From Candidatus Heimdallarchaeota archaeon (GTDB lineage Archaea > Asgardarchaeota > Heimdallarchaeia > Hodarchaeales > Hodarchaeaceae), in contig RDOB01000001.1 in the NCBI GenBank assembly GCA_011364965.1, positions 1 through 64,000 of the forward strand: a stretch of 64,000 nt of DNA, read 5' to 3'. The position numbers were made by a program, and so were the translations under genes. A model generated the notes under the pieces. That model saw only the letters and a program-made list of their open reading frames with translations. It was not told where the DNA came from and ran no database searches. Below are positions 30,811-39,314 of this stretch, piece after piece. Each line of letters starts with the position of its first letter. The stretch's first letter is position 1.

Positions 30811-31338
30811 TTGATGAGTTTCTTAATAAGTTCTCAGCGAACACTAGAACGTGATGCTCTTTCAGAAAGTTATTATGTCATCTCTGACGTATTAGGGTAT
30901 GAATTATCTCCATTGAGATCGAGAGTGCCAGGTCTCAGCATATTAAAACTAAATTCTGATATCAATCCGTTTGAAGTGATTAGTAAAATCCGTGATTATA
31001 TTGCTGATACTGGACCACTAATCACTTGTCTTAAAATTGTTCCTTTAGAACAGCTTATTAAAACTGACCTCCCTCTTATTGTTGAAACAGCTTTTGAGCT
31101 AGCAGAGGAAAAGATAAAAACAGAACATTCATGGAAGGTCAATTTACGGAAACGACAGTCAAACCTTGGAACATTTGAAGTAATCGAAGCAGTCGCGGAA
31201 AGAATTGATTGGGGTAAGGTTGATCTCTCAAATCCTGATTATGAAATTAGAATAGAAATCATCAGAGATTTAACTGGAATATCTGTGATGCCCCCTATGA
31301 CTGAGATTCGCATGGTTGAATGGCTAGACCAGAATTAG
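30811..31338 (+). CDS. THUMP-domain RNA-binding protein
   Basis: LKIVPL, SWKVNLRKR, KVDLSNPDYEIRIEI. Confidence 0.85.
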   Translation: MMSFLISSQRTLERDALSESYYVISDVLGYELSPLRSRVPGLSILKLNSDINPFEVISKIRDYIADTGPLITCLKIVPLEQLIKTDLPLIVETAFELAEEKIKTEHSWKVNLRKRQSNLGTFEVIEAVAERIDWGKVDLSNPDYEIRIEIIRDLTGISVMPPMTEIRMVEWLDQN

Positions 31339-31347
31339 TTGAGAAAA

Positions 31348-31908
31348 TTATTTCGATAAAACTAAAAGAGCAATCCTTTGGAGGATTGCAGACTCAATTT
31401 CTAAATAATTATACTCTGATGCTTTAAAGCCCTCTTCAATGAGGAGGCGGACTACATTATTATGTTTGGATGCCAGATTTTCAAGCAATTCATTGTAAAG
31501 ATTAATATCCAAAGTTTCAATAAGTAAATCTGTAGCTTCCGAACTTTCAAGCTCATTAGTTCCAATGACTATTCCAATTACTTCTTTAGTTGATGCTTTT
31601 ATGCCTATTAACTCTATTGCTTTATTTATTTGTCTATAACCAGATGTATACAAGAGTAATTCGACTGAAAGACTCCTAGAGATCATACGATTGTCAATAT
31701 AAGCTTTGATAGCGTGCCATGCTGCAGAGTACAAGTGCTTATACCCCCAAATATATTGATTATCTAGGAGCTGAGAAGCAATTACCCCATCTTTCGAAAT
31801 TTTGCTTAAAATCATACCTAGTCGTTCGGGATCAGGTTTGGTGTTAAGAACTCCGCAAAAAGAGTATAATTTATGCCCTTCAATTGTTTCTGTAAAATAT
31901 TGAGTTAT
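31348..31908 (-). CDS. cgi121: KEOPS complex subunit Cgi121 (start probably ATA 31908; ORF track starts at 31815)
   Basis: QLLD...G.KHL..A..HA..A...ISRSLSVELLLY.SG.RQI.KAI..IG, and RIAL. The frame stays open for 31 codons upstream of the ATG. Confidence 0.85.
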   Translation of the reverse strand: MTQYFTETIEGHKLYSFCGVLNTKPDPERLGMILSKISKDGVIASQLLDNQYIWGYKHLYSAAWHAIKAYIDNRMISRSLSVELLLYTSGYRQINKAIELIGIKASTKEVIGIVIGTNELESSEATDLLIETLDINLYNELLENLASKHNNVVRLLIEEGFKASEYNYLEIESAILQRIALLVLSK

Positions 31909-32021
31909 CTAGAAACCGCTCCAAAATCTAATGGGAATTTCTTATCAGTGCGTTTATTTTATATCCTATTATTAAAATCTGTACGTATTATTAGGTTCCT
32001 TTTATTTCTAAGGATACGAGG

Positions 32022-32633
32022 ATGATGGTTGAATTCAGAGTATTAAATTGGACGGATATCGATTCTTTGGCAAGACGTCTCTACCATCAAATAAAAAAAG
32101 CAAGATTTCAACCTGAAATTATACTCGGTATCAGTAGAGGAGGGTGGATCCCAGCGAGACTTTTAAGTGATATGTTTGAAGCTGAGTGCCCTTTTTTAGG
32201 AAACACATCTTCAGTTTTAGCTACAATGCAGATCAAATTCTATACAGGGATAGCAGAAACACACAAAAGTCCTGTTGTGGCACAAGATGTCGGTGTAGAC
32301 ATTTATCAAAAGAAAATATTGCTAGTTGATGATTTAGCGGATACTGGGGAAAGTCTTGAGTGCGCGCTGGATTACTTAAGTCTTAAAAAGCCTAAAGTGG
32401 TTCAAATAGCAACATTACTCTACAAGCCTTGGAGTAAAGTGAAACCTCATTATTTTGTTGAAGAAGCAACTGAATGGGTTGTATTTCCTCATGAATATTA
32501 CGAATTTATGACAGAACGAACTATTGCAGAAAATTTAGACAAAACGACAGCTTGGGCTACATTTCTAGAGCTAGGGATACCTGACTCTTCAGTTATCTTT
32601 TTTGTTGAGAATTTTCTTTCTAACAAAGACTAG
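32022..32633 (+). CDS. Purine phosphoribosyltransferase family protein
   Basis: GISRGG.IPAR, LLVDDLADTGES PRPP motif, WVVFP.E. Confidence 0.9.
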   Translation: MMVEFRVLNWTDIDSLARRLYHQIKKARFQPEIILGISRGGWIPARLLSDMFEAECPFLGNTSSVLATMQIKFYTGIAETHKSPVVAQDVGVDIYQKKILLVDDLADTGESLECALDYLSLKKPKVVQIATLLYKPWSKVKPHYFVEEATEWVVFPHEYYEFMTERTIAENLDKTTAWATFLELGIPDSSVIFFVENFLSNKD

Positions 32634-32716
32634 TAATTCTTCTCCATTATGAAAACTAATTTTTAGAACCTTTAAAGGGGGTATAAATGGTATTATTTGA
32701 TAAAATCTAGAACTTC

Positions 32717-34624
32717 GTGATTCATATGCAACTTTTACTTATTCATTCAAACGGATTCCAATATAAGGTGAATGAGAAAGCTATATCTAATCCTGAAAAA
32801 TTGTCAGAGGTAATTCCAGGGGAATACAGTACCAAAGATTCAGTACTCATCATCTTTGTAGCTGTAGAGGATGATGATAGGCAAAATACATCAAATTTGA
32901 TCCAATTCGCAGTAAGAGAAATTTTACAGGCCATGAAAGATATCAAGGAGAGTAATTTAATTCTATATCCATGGGTTCATTTATCGAAGTATAAACCTGC
33001 AGAACCTAAAGAGGCTTTAAAAATTCTAAATCAGTTAAATAACGCTATTATAGGGGAATCTGCTGATTTGAAAGTCATAAGGGCTCCTTTTGGTTATTAT
33101 AAAAGTTTTTCTCTTAATTGTAAAGGCCATGCACTTGCAGAACGATCAAAGGAGATATCTAGTGACTATCTTGAGACACAAACCGAAAAAAAAACAGAAA
33201 TTACTACTGCGATTTCTGCAGAAGAAGAATCAACATCCAGATTTTATATTGTTTCTCGTAATGGAGATCTTATAGATTACAAAAATTATTCATTTGAAAA
33301 AGTTAGAAATTTTGAGCTATTTGTGAAATATGAGACCGCTAAAGATAGAACAGTAAGTGAACCACCAAAACATGTTGAAACTATGAAAAATTTAGAACTA
33401 ATAGATTATGAACTCGGTAGTGACCCTGGAAACTTTAGAATTCTTCCTAGAGGTTATGTAGTAAAGCAATTGATTGAAAAGCATGTAATAAATATGGCTA
33501 TCGATTATGGGGCTTTGGTTTTAGAAACCCCGATAATGTACTCTTATGAACATCCATCTCTTAAGAAATATTTAGAACGATTTCCTGCACGACAATATGT
33601 TGTAAAATCTGGTGAGCATGATTATTTCTTACGTTTCGCGGCTTGTTTCGGTCAATTTCTAGCAATGTCTAACTCGATAATCAGCTACAAACAATTACCC
33701 CTAAAAGTATTTGAAATGGCGAAATCTTTTCGACGTGAACAAAGAGGAGAACTCGCAGGAATTAGAAGACTTCGTGCATTTACAATGCCCGATCTTCATA
33801 CTATAGCAGATAGCTTAACAATGGCTAAAGAAGAATTTGAAACCCAGTTCAATCTAGCTAAACAATACATGAAGGATATTGAAATTGAATTTGAAACAGC
33901 TTTTCGTATGACAACGGAATTTTATGAAGAGAATAAAAATTGGATTCTTTCTCTTATTAAAACTTTAGATAAACCTGTATTACTTGAGCTATTTGAAAAA
34001 CGATATGCCTATTTCATCCTCAAATTCGAATTTAATGTTGTTGATGGGCAAAACAAAGCAGCAGCGTTATCAACAGTTCAAATTGACGTTGAAAATTCTG
34101 AAAGATTTGAGATTAAATATACTAATCAACTTGGAGAAGATAGTTATCCATTCTTACTACATTGTTCCATTTCTGGCTCTTCAGAAAGAGTCATTTATGG
34201 AATCCTAGAAGAACAGCTAAGGTTAAGTAATGAAGGTGGGAAACCAACATTTCCATTATGGTTATCTCCGAGTCAAGTCCGAATCTTACCTGTATCGGAA
34301 CAATTTAATGAGGAAGCAATCACCATTTCCGATCAATTAAAAAATGCGTTAATTAGAGCGGAAATAGATGATAGGGATCTTTCATTATCCAAAAAAATTC
34401 GAGCAGCTGAAAAATTATGGACCCCTATAATCTTGGTATTGGGTAAAAAAGAAACAGAAGAAAAAAAATTGAGCGTAAGATATCGAAAGGAAAGAAAACA
34501 AGAGTTTCAATCTATTGAGGAAATAATTTCATATATTAAGGAAAATACTAAAGGTAAACCGTGGTTCCCCCAAGTCTTCCCCAATCTGGTTTCGAAACAA
34601 CCGATCTTTACAAGAACCGTTTAA
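32717..34624 (+). CDS. thrS: Threonine--tRNA ligase, archaeal type with N-terminal editing domain
   Basis: LLLIHS, YP.VHLS, APFGYYK.F...CKGH.LAE, LRFAACFGQF, FRREQRGE, FTMPD.H, LHCS..G..ER. Confidence 0.96.
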   Translation: MIHMQLLLIHSNGFQYKVNEKAISNPEKLSEVIPGEYSTKDSVLIIFVAVEDDDRQNTSNLIQFAVREILQAMKDIKESNLILYPWVHLSKYKPAEPKEALKILNQLNNAIIGESADLKVIRAPFGYYKSFSLNCKGHALAERSKEISSDYLETQTEKKTEITTAISAEEESTSRFYIVSRNGDLIDYKNYSFEKVRNFELFVKYETAKDRTVSEPPKHVETMKNLELIDYELGSDPGNFRILPRGYVVKQLIEKHVINMAIDYGALVLETPIMYSYEHPSLKKYLERFPARQYVVKSGEHDYFLRFAACFGQFLAMSNSIISYKQLPLKVFEMAKSFRREQRGELAGIRRLRAFTMPDLHTIADSLTMAKEEFETQFNLAKQYMKDIEIEFETAFRMTTEFYEENKNWILSLIKTLDKPVLLELFEKRYAYFILKFEFNVVDGQNKAAALSTVQIDVENSERFEIKYTNQLGEDSYPFLLHCSISGSSERVIYGILEEQLRLSNEGGKPTFPLWLSPSQVRILPVSEQFNEEAITISDQLKNALIRAEIDDRDLSLSKKIRAAEKLWTPIILVLGKKETEEKKLSVRYRKERKQEFQSIEEIISYIKENTKGKPWFPQVFPNLVSKQPIFTRTV

Positions 34625-34905
34625 TGAATTTACAGGATTTAAGGAAAATAAGGATGATTTGTTCAGACATCATTTTTAAGAATCCCTACATATTATAAGA
34701 TGATGAAGAATTTACAATAATCAGCCCAATATTCACATCCCTATTGGGAATTAAAACAAAAAATCATATATATTCCTGTGTCCAAATCTATGATGGCCAA
34801 CTGATACACAATCAATTGCGATAAGGAAAAAAAGGCGAACCCTTATCTCAGGCTCAATTAGGGAAGATCTGGATTCTAAAAAATAAAACAAAGACGGGAT
34901 TTCAA

Positions 34906-35457
34906 ATGCCAACTAAACTATTTGGTCGAGAGATCGAGAATCAACTTGCTTTCGTTGGCCTTGCGAATGCAGGTAAAACTACACTAGTTAAAAGATTAAA
35001 AGGTGATGACAATCTCGAAACTGTTCCCACCATGGGTATGAATATCGAGACGTTAAAAATTGGGGAGATTGAAGTAATGGCTGTTGATTTAGGCGGTCAA
35101 GTTACATTTCCCTCAAGTCTCTGGGAGCCATTTGTTTCACAAGCTTCTGGAATAGTATTTGTTTTTGATTCAGCAGACAAACTTAAGGTCGAGGAAGCGG
35201 GTAAGTGGCTAAAAAAGGTAATTAAGTGGGCACCTGAAGATTCAGCTTTTCTTTTTCTTGCGAATAAACAAGATTTAGATGAAGCAATGAAAACAGAGGC
35301 AATAATACATACATTGGAACTAGAAAAAGAGATGTCAGAACGGCCTAGAACTTTTGGGGTTTATCCCTGTTCAGCTCTTTTAGGTCAGGGCGTAGACGAA
35401 GCATGGAACTGGATGAGTGAACGAATTCAGAGTACATTTTCACGAAAAAAGATATAG
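34906..35457 (+). CDS. Arf-family small GTPase 1
   Basis: GLANAGKTT, PTMG.N.E, DLGGQ, NKQD, CSA. Confidence 0.92.
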   Translation: MPTKLFGREIENQLAFVGLANAGKTTLVKRLKGDDNLETVPTMGMNIETLKIGEIEVMAVDLGGQVTFPSSLWEPFVSQASGIVFVFDSADKLKVEEAGKWLKKVIKWAPEDSAFLFLANKQDLDEAMKTEAIIHTLELEKEMSERPRTFGVYPCSALLGQGVDEAWNWMSERIQSTFSRKKI

Positions 35458-36030
35458 GTGCTGGCAATGAGTTTCCTTACTAAGTTACGAGCAAAGTTCG
35501 CAAAAGAAAAGCTAACAGTTAAAATTGCATGGTTAGGATTAGATCATGCAGGGAAAACGACGATAGTCAAGAGAATTACCTCAGGGGAATTTGATGATAG
35601 TACATTCAGAACTCTAGGGATGAACGTAGACGAATTCAGCTCAGGGAATGTGCGATTCATTTCTTGGGATATAGGAGGACAAGCAGCATTCAGAGAATCG
35701 CTTTGGGAAAGTTATATGGCAGGATCAATGGGAATAGTATATGTCATAGACTCTGCAGACAAATCAAGGTTCGCAGAGGCCCAAGCGGAGTTATGGAGAT
35801 ATGTACTAGACAATGATAAAGTTCAAAATATTCCCATCCTTGTATTAGCTAATAAACAAGATCTGGAAGATGCAGCCTCAGCTGGAGAGGTAGCAAGGTC
35901 TCTTAATTTGCATAAGGTTACAACCCATTCTTATGCTATTGTTCCTACTTCGGCCAAGACAGGGTTTAATGTTGAAGAAGGATTGGAATGGCTTCGACAA
36001 CGAGTAACAGAAAAACTCGAACTCCTCTAA
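35458..36030 (+). CDS. Arf-family small GTPase 2 (ATG 35467 is an alternative start)
   Basis: Amphipathic N-terminal helix SFLTKLRAKF, GLDHAGKTT, WDIGGQ, NKQD, SAK. Confidence 0.93.
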   Translation: MLAMSFLTKLRAKFAKEKLTVKIAWLGLDHAGKTTIVKRITSGEFDDSTFRTLGMNVDEFSSGNVRFISWDIGGQAAFRESLWESYMAGSMGIVYVIDSADKSRFAEAQAELWRYVLDNDKVQNIPILVLANKQDLEDAASAGEVARSLNLHKVTTHSYAIVPTSAKTGFNVEEGLEWLRQRVTEKLELL

Positions 36031-36887
36031 GGTTGTTTTTTCTTCATTACTTTCTTCTCTGAAACGTCATTAATACGCCAACACAGTGCTAAGAAGAGTT
36101 CATACAACTTTTGAAGATCGAGATCTTTTTTGATTCTTGTATATACTCGTATTGATGGATCCTCAGTCGAATCAACGGATATTCTTACTAAAGCGTCCCG
36201 ATTATTATACAAATGTTTCAGTAGAGTCTTATCACCTAATAAATACATACCAGAGCGTTGAGAAGACGCTTTTATGACAAAAAAGTCATCTAACCGCGTA
36301 ACGCCAAGCTTAATATCATCCAATTGAAATAATACATTTTGATGCTTTTTAATTTGGCCTGTTTCATTTTGAGGTATTATCTCCACCTTAGTTGGTACTT
36401 TACCTTTCTTTGGATTAGCCTCCAACGCTATATAGTCATTTGCACCTGAAAACCATGAAATGATCACATTAAGCATGAGATGGCGCTCCTCTAAAGCAAA
36501 AACTACGCGGAAGTCTTTAAAGGGAATATTTTGAGCTTTATTATAAGTAGGGAATAATAATCCCCCATTTGAACTGAATTTTTCTGGTACAAGGTCAGTA
36601 AATTCTTTAGAAAAAACCTCCAAAAGAGATTCACGAGCTACATTCATAATCTTGTGATTTTTTCTTCTACCTGCCCAAAGAAGGTAAAAAGTAAAGAATA
36701 AAACCGTGCCAGGACCCAAAAAAATTATAAAATAGTCAAATAATGAATAAGAAGTGCTCTGTAGAAAAAATATCTTCAGAGAATTTATTATAGTCTGAAA
36801 TAGATAAGTAAAATTGTTCATGGATCTCAAAGAAAAACCAGAAGTAGGAAATTTATTTGTTTCTAGAAATAAAACTACCAATTTCAC
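36027..36887 (-). CDS. Single-pass membrane protein resembling CCDC47/DUF1682 (PAT complex subunit)
   Basis: TM then GRRKN.KI....L...F..EF, and F.L..R..MLN.I.....G.ND.I; recognised by eye against CCDC47 motifs. Confidence 0.55.
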   Translation of the reverse strand: MKLVVLFLETNKFPTSGFSLRSMNNFTYLFQTIINSLKIFFLQSTSYSLFDYFIIFLGPGTVLFFTFYLLWAGRRKNHKIMNVARESLLEVFSKEFTDLVPEKFSSNGGLLFPTYNKAQNIPFKDFRVVFALEERHLMLNVIISWFSGANDYIALEANPKKGKVPTKVEIIPQNETGQIKKHQNVLFQLDDIKLGVTRLDDFFVIKASSQRSGMYLLGDKTLLKHLYNNRDALVRISVDSTEDPSIRVYTRIKKDLDLQKLYELFLALCWRINDVSEKKVMKKKQP

Positions 36888-37347
36888 AATAATTAAATTC
36901 AGTTTTTCCCTGTTTTCCTACAACTTGATAAATTTTAAAAGGCGAGATTTCATCAGAACCTATTTTAATTGGTTCTATGACTAAGGCTACCGAATAATTA
37001 TTGTGTAATTGAAAAGAATAAATGTGGGTCTCAATATCAGTATTTGAAAGAAATAATCCGTATCCTGGATGAGAATGCCACCAACCCACAACATAATCAT
37101 CTTCATGAAGTATTTTCTCAAAAGCTTGAAAATCCTCTTCTGCAAAAGAAACAGAGGCCTCATCTCCCTCGGTGACGAAAACCATTCTTGTTATCACAAG
37201 CTCATCATTCCTCCTCATTTTCCCTCCTAATAATCCAATTGCTTCTCTAGGTATTGATTTCTTTGATATATCTGAAATTTTCTTTAAGGTGGAATATGAT
37301 ATTGTAACAGATTTGACTTGTTGGGTGAGTATAACAGGTTTTGAAAT
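36853..37347 (-). CDS. JAB/MPN+ (JAMM) metalloisopeptidase, deubiquitinase-like (start probably ATT 37347; ORF track starts at 37218)
   Basis: VVGWWHSHPGYGLFLSNTD JAMM motif. The catalytic Glu motif PREAIGLLGG lies in frame upstream of ATG 37218. Confidence 0.9.
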   Translation of the reverse strand: MSKPVILTQQVKSVTISYSTLKKISDISKKSIPREAIGLLGGKMRRNDELVITRMVFVTEGDEASVSFAEEDFQAFEKILHEDDYVVGWWHSHPGYGLFLSNTDIETHIYSFQLHNNYSVALVIEPIKIGSDEISPFKIYQVVGKQGKTEFNYCEIGSFISRNK

Positions 37348-37362
37348 TTGAAGTCCCTCATC

Positions 37363-37905
37363 CTATTGAGCATACTTTTGGGTCCACTCGATAGCATTAT
37401 TCCAATATAGGTCAAATTTTTCTCTCATTTGCTTTCCTGCTTCTGGATTAAATGGATCATTAGGATCAACAAGATATTCAGGAAATTCACCCTCTTGTGT
37501 TACCTGATAAACATCTAACATCATCTCTATATGTTCAAAAACACTAGGAAGGGTTATGGTTTCCTTCCATCCTCCTACTTTTCCGATATTATTCCAATTA
37601 ATTAAACTCAGACAAACGTTGGAGCCCCATTTCCATTGAGTTCTCCCGATGGCGATATTCGGATGCCAAATTTGAGTTATGAAGTTTACAATCGGAGGTC
37701 TAAAGGGATATTCTGGGGGTAATTCAACTTTTATTTCCCATTTTCCATTTTCATAAGGAGTCCCAACTTTTCCTTTAATTATTGCTTTATAATGATGGAG
37801 ATTATTGTTGATTATCTGCCATTTGATAGTACTAGTCTTAGGGGGATAAGTTTTCAGCATTCGTTTGAATTCTTCTCTTAATCGGCGAGAATGGAGATCC
37901 TGCAA
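37363..37905 (-). CDS. Ubiquitin-conjugating enzyme E2
   Basis: RRL.EE, GTPYE.G, P.EYPF.PP.V.F.TQIWHPNI, catalytic VCLS, W, P.DPFNPEA. Confidence 0.95.
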   Translation of the reverse strand: MQDLHSRRLREEFKRMLKTYPPKTSTIKWQIINNNLHHYKAIIKGKVGTPYENGKWEIKVELPPEYPFRPPIVNFITQIWHPNIAIGRTQWKWGSNVCLSLINWNNIGKVGGWKETITLPSVFEHIEMMLDVYQVTQEGEFPEYLVDPNDPFNPEAGKQMREKFDLYWNNAIEWTQKYAQ

Positions 37906-38139
37906 AATGTTTCAGTCCTCTTGTGATTTATTTTTAACATAATGGGTTGTTCTATTATCAGGGTGTCACTTATTAAGCAGCCGAGAAAACCTCAACTTAA
38001 TTCATCTGATAATAATTCACAGCTATAATTATTTTTAAAGCTGGCCTTTGTATGGACAATTTTTATGGCCTTATAAGCTATCTTTTTAAGCTCTGTAATC
38101 ACAATCAGAGTAACTAATCCATCCTATTTGAGTGGGTGA

Positions 38140-38940
38140 TTGTCTATCATGTCCGACAGTGATCTTAGGAGCGCTTCATGTACAGGATGTGGCGCTCCTC
38201 TTTCTACTAAGCCTTCATACAAGCTTCCTGTGAAGTGTGAATACTGTGATCTTACAAATTATCTAAAGAAAACAGTAGTAACACCCGAAGAAGCAAGAAT
38301 TCACGATGCAGAAGAAGAAGCAGAAACCTATTATCTAATTTATAAGGAAACACAAAAAATTCTTGAGAACTTTCATGGAGAAATGGTCGGAGATGAAGTA
38401 GGTAAAGTAAGAATAAAGATGCAAATCAATAGGTATGCCTTTCCCCTCTTAATTGTCTTAGATGATTTACCAGGTCGACCCTATGTGGATGGCCCTGGTA
38501 AATTGCGAGAAATCCTACAATGTGACCTTGGTGAACTTAACTCAATGAAAAACTGGATTCCAGGGACTAGCTCTATCATGGATGTCCTTGAAGAGTTATA
38601 CGAGCGAGTAAGTGCAGTTTTACCTACAGATATTGAAGAAAGCCCTCAAAGATCAAAAGAAAGTGAAGTATTAACAAAAGAAAAGGATGATTTAATCAAA
38701 CAAATTCTCACTAATTATGATACTCTAGCAACTAAAAAACAGGTAATTGTCCGATTCTATTCTCAGGATGGAGAAATAATACCATTTGTTATTAAACGCA
38801 AAAAAAATTATCCAATAGGTATAGAAGAACAGTACCTTGTAAAATTTCCTTTAATTCGAGGCCTTTTGGAAGATTATGCTAAGGGTAGAATTGATCTTCT
38901 TACTACATTAGCTGAAATTGAGAAAATGTTATATATTTAA
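38140..38940 (+). CDS. Zn-ribbon plus UEV/RWD-like (inactive E2-fold) protein
   Basis: CTGCGAPL...CEYC followed by LP.RPYV...L.SM.NW.PG.SSI.DVL.EL, an E2-variant-like pattern without the HPN motif. Confidence 0.55.
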   Translation: MSIMSDSDLRSASCTGCGAPLSTKPSYKLPVKCEYCDLTNYLKKTVVTPEEARIHDAEEEAETYYLIYKETQKILENFHGEMVGDEVGKVRIKMQINRYAFPLLIVLDDLPGRPYVDGPGKLREILQCDLGELNSMKNWIPGTSSIMDVLEELYERVSAVLPTDIEESPQRSKESEVLTKEKDDLIKQILTNYDTLATKKQVIVRFYSQDGEIIPFVIKRKKNYPIGIEEQYLVKFPLIRGLLEDYAKGRIDLLTTLAEIEKMLYI

Positions 38941-38964
38941 AACATCAATAAGGAATGACTAAAA

Positions 38965-39288
38965 ATGGCAAAAAGAGACGTTATCTGGGATTCTGAATCT
39001 CGATCAAAAACCAGTCCAGATTCTGGCATTGAAAAGATGATGAAAATCCGTTTTAAAGACCCACAACTCCCACCGGAACAAAATTTACGGGAGAAGTATA
39101 TCAATATTAATGGAACTGTTTTTCAAGCGATCACTGCTGCAAGAGATGCATTCAATATCCCTGAAGTAGTTCCCATTGCATTACTGTTTAAAGGTAGAAG
39201 GATGAATCCTTCCAATAGCCTTTCTTCTTATGGAATTGAGGAAAATGCAATTTTAATGATAGTTCCAGATCAGATCAAAGGTGGTTAA
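38965..39288 (+). CDS. Ubiquitin-like modifier with exposed C-terminal GG
   Basis: FNIP...LLFKGRRM...SL.SYGI.E..IL ending in IKGG-stop; adjacent to E1. Confidence 0.92.
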   Translation: MAKRDVIWDSESRSKTSPDSGIEKMMKIRFKDPQLPPEQNLREKYININGTVFQAITAARDAFNIPEVVPIALLFKGRRMNPSNSLSSYGIEENAILMIVPDQIKGG

Positions 39289-39314
39289 CACAAAATCGTT
39301 AGAAGGAAAATCTA

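Noticed and set aside
10253-37365. Genome-wide amber recoding, suggested by three TAG stops followed by in-frame genes (10255, 35457, 37363)
   Set aside because: TAG ends many genes at their expected C-termini (rpl15e, atpB, RsmB). Two of the three downstream genes have their own ATG/GTG, and no pyl genes are in the window.
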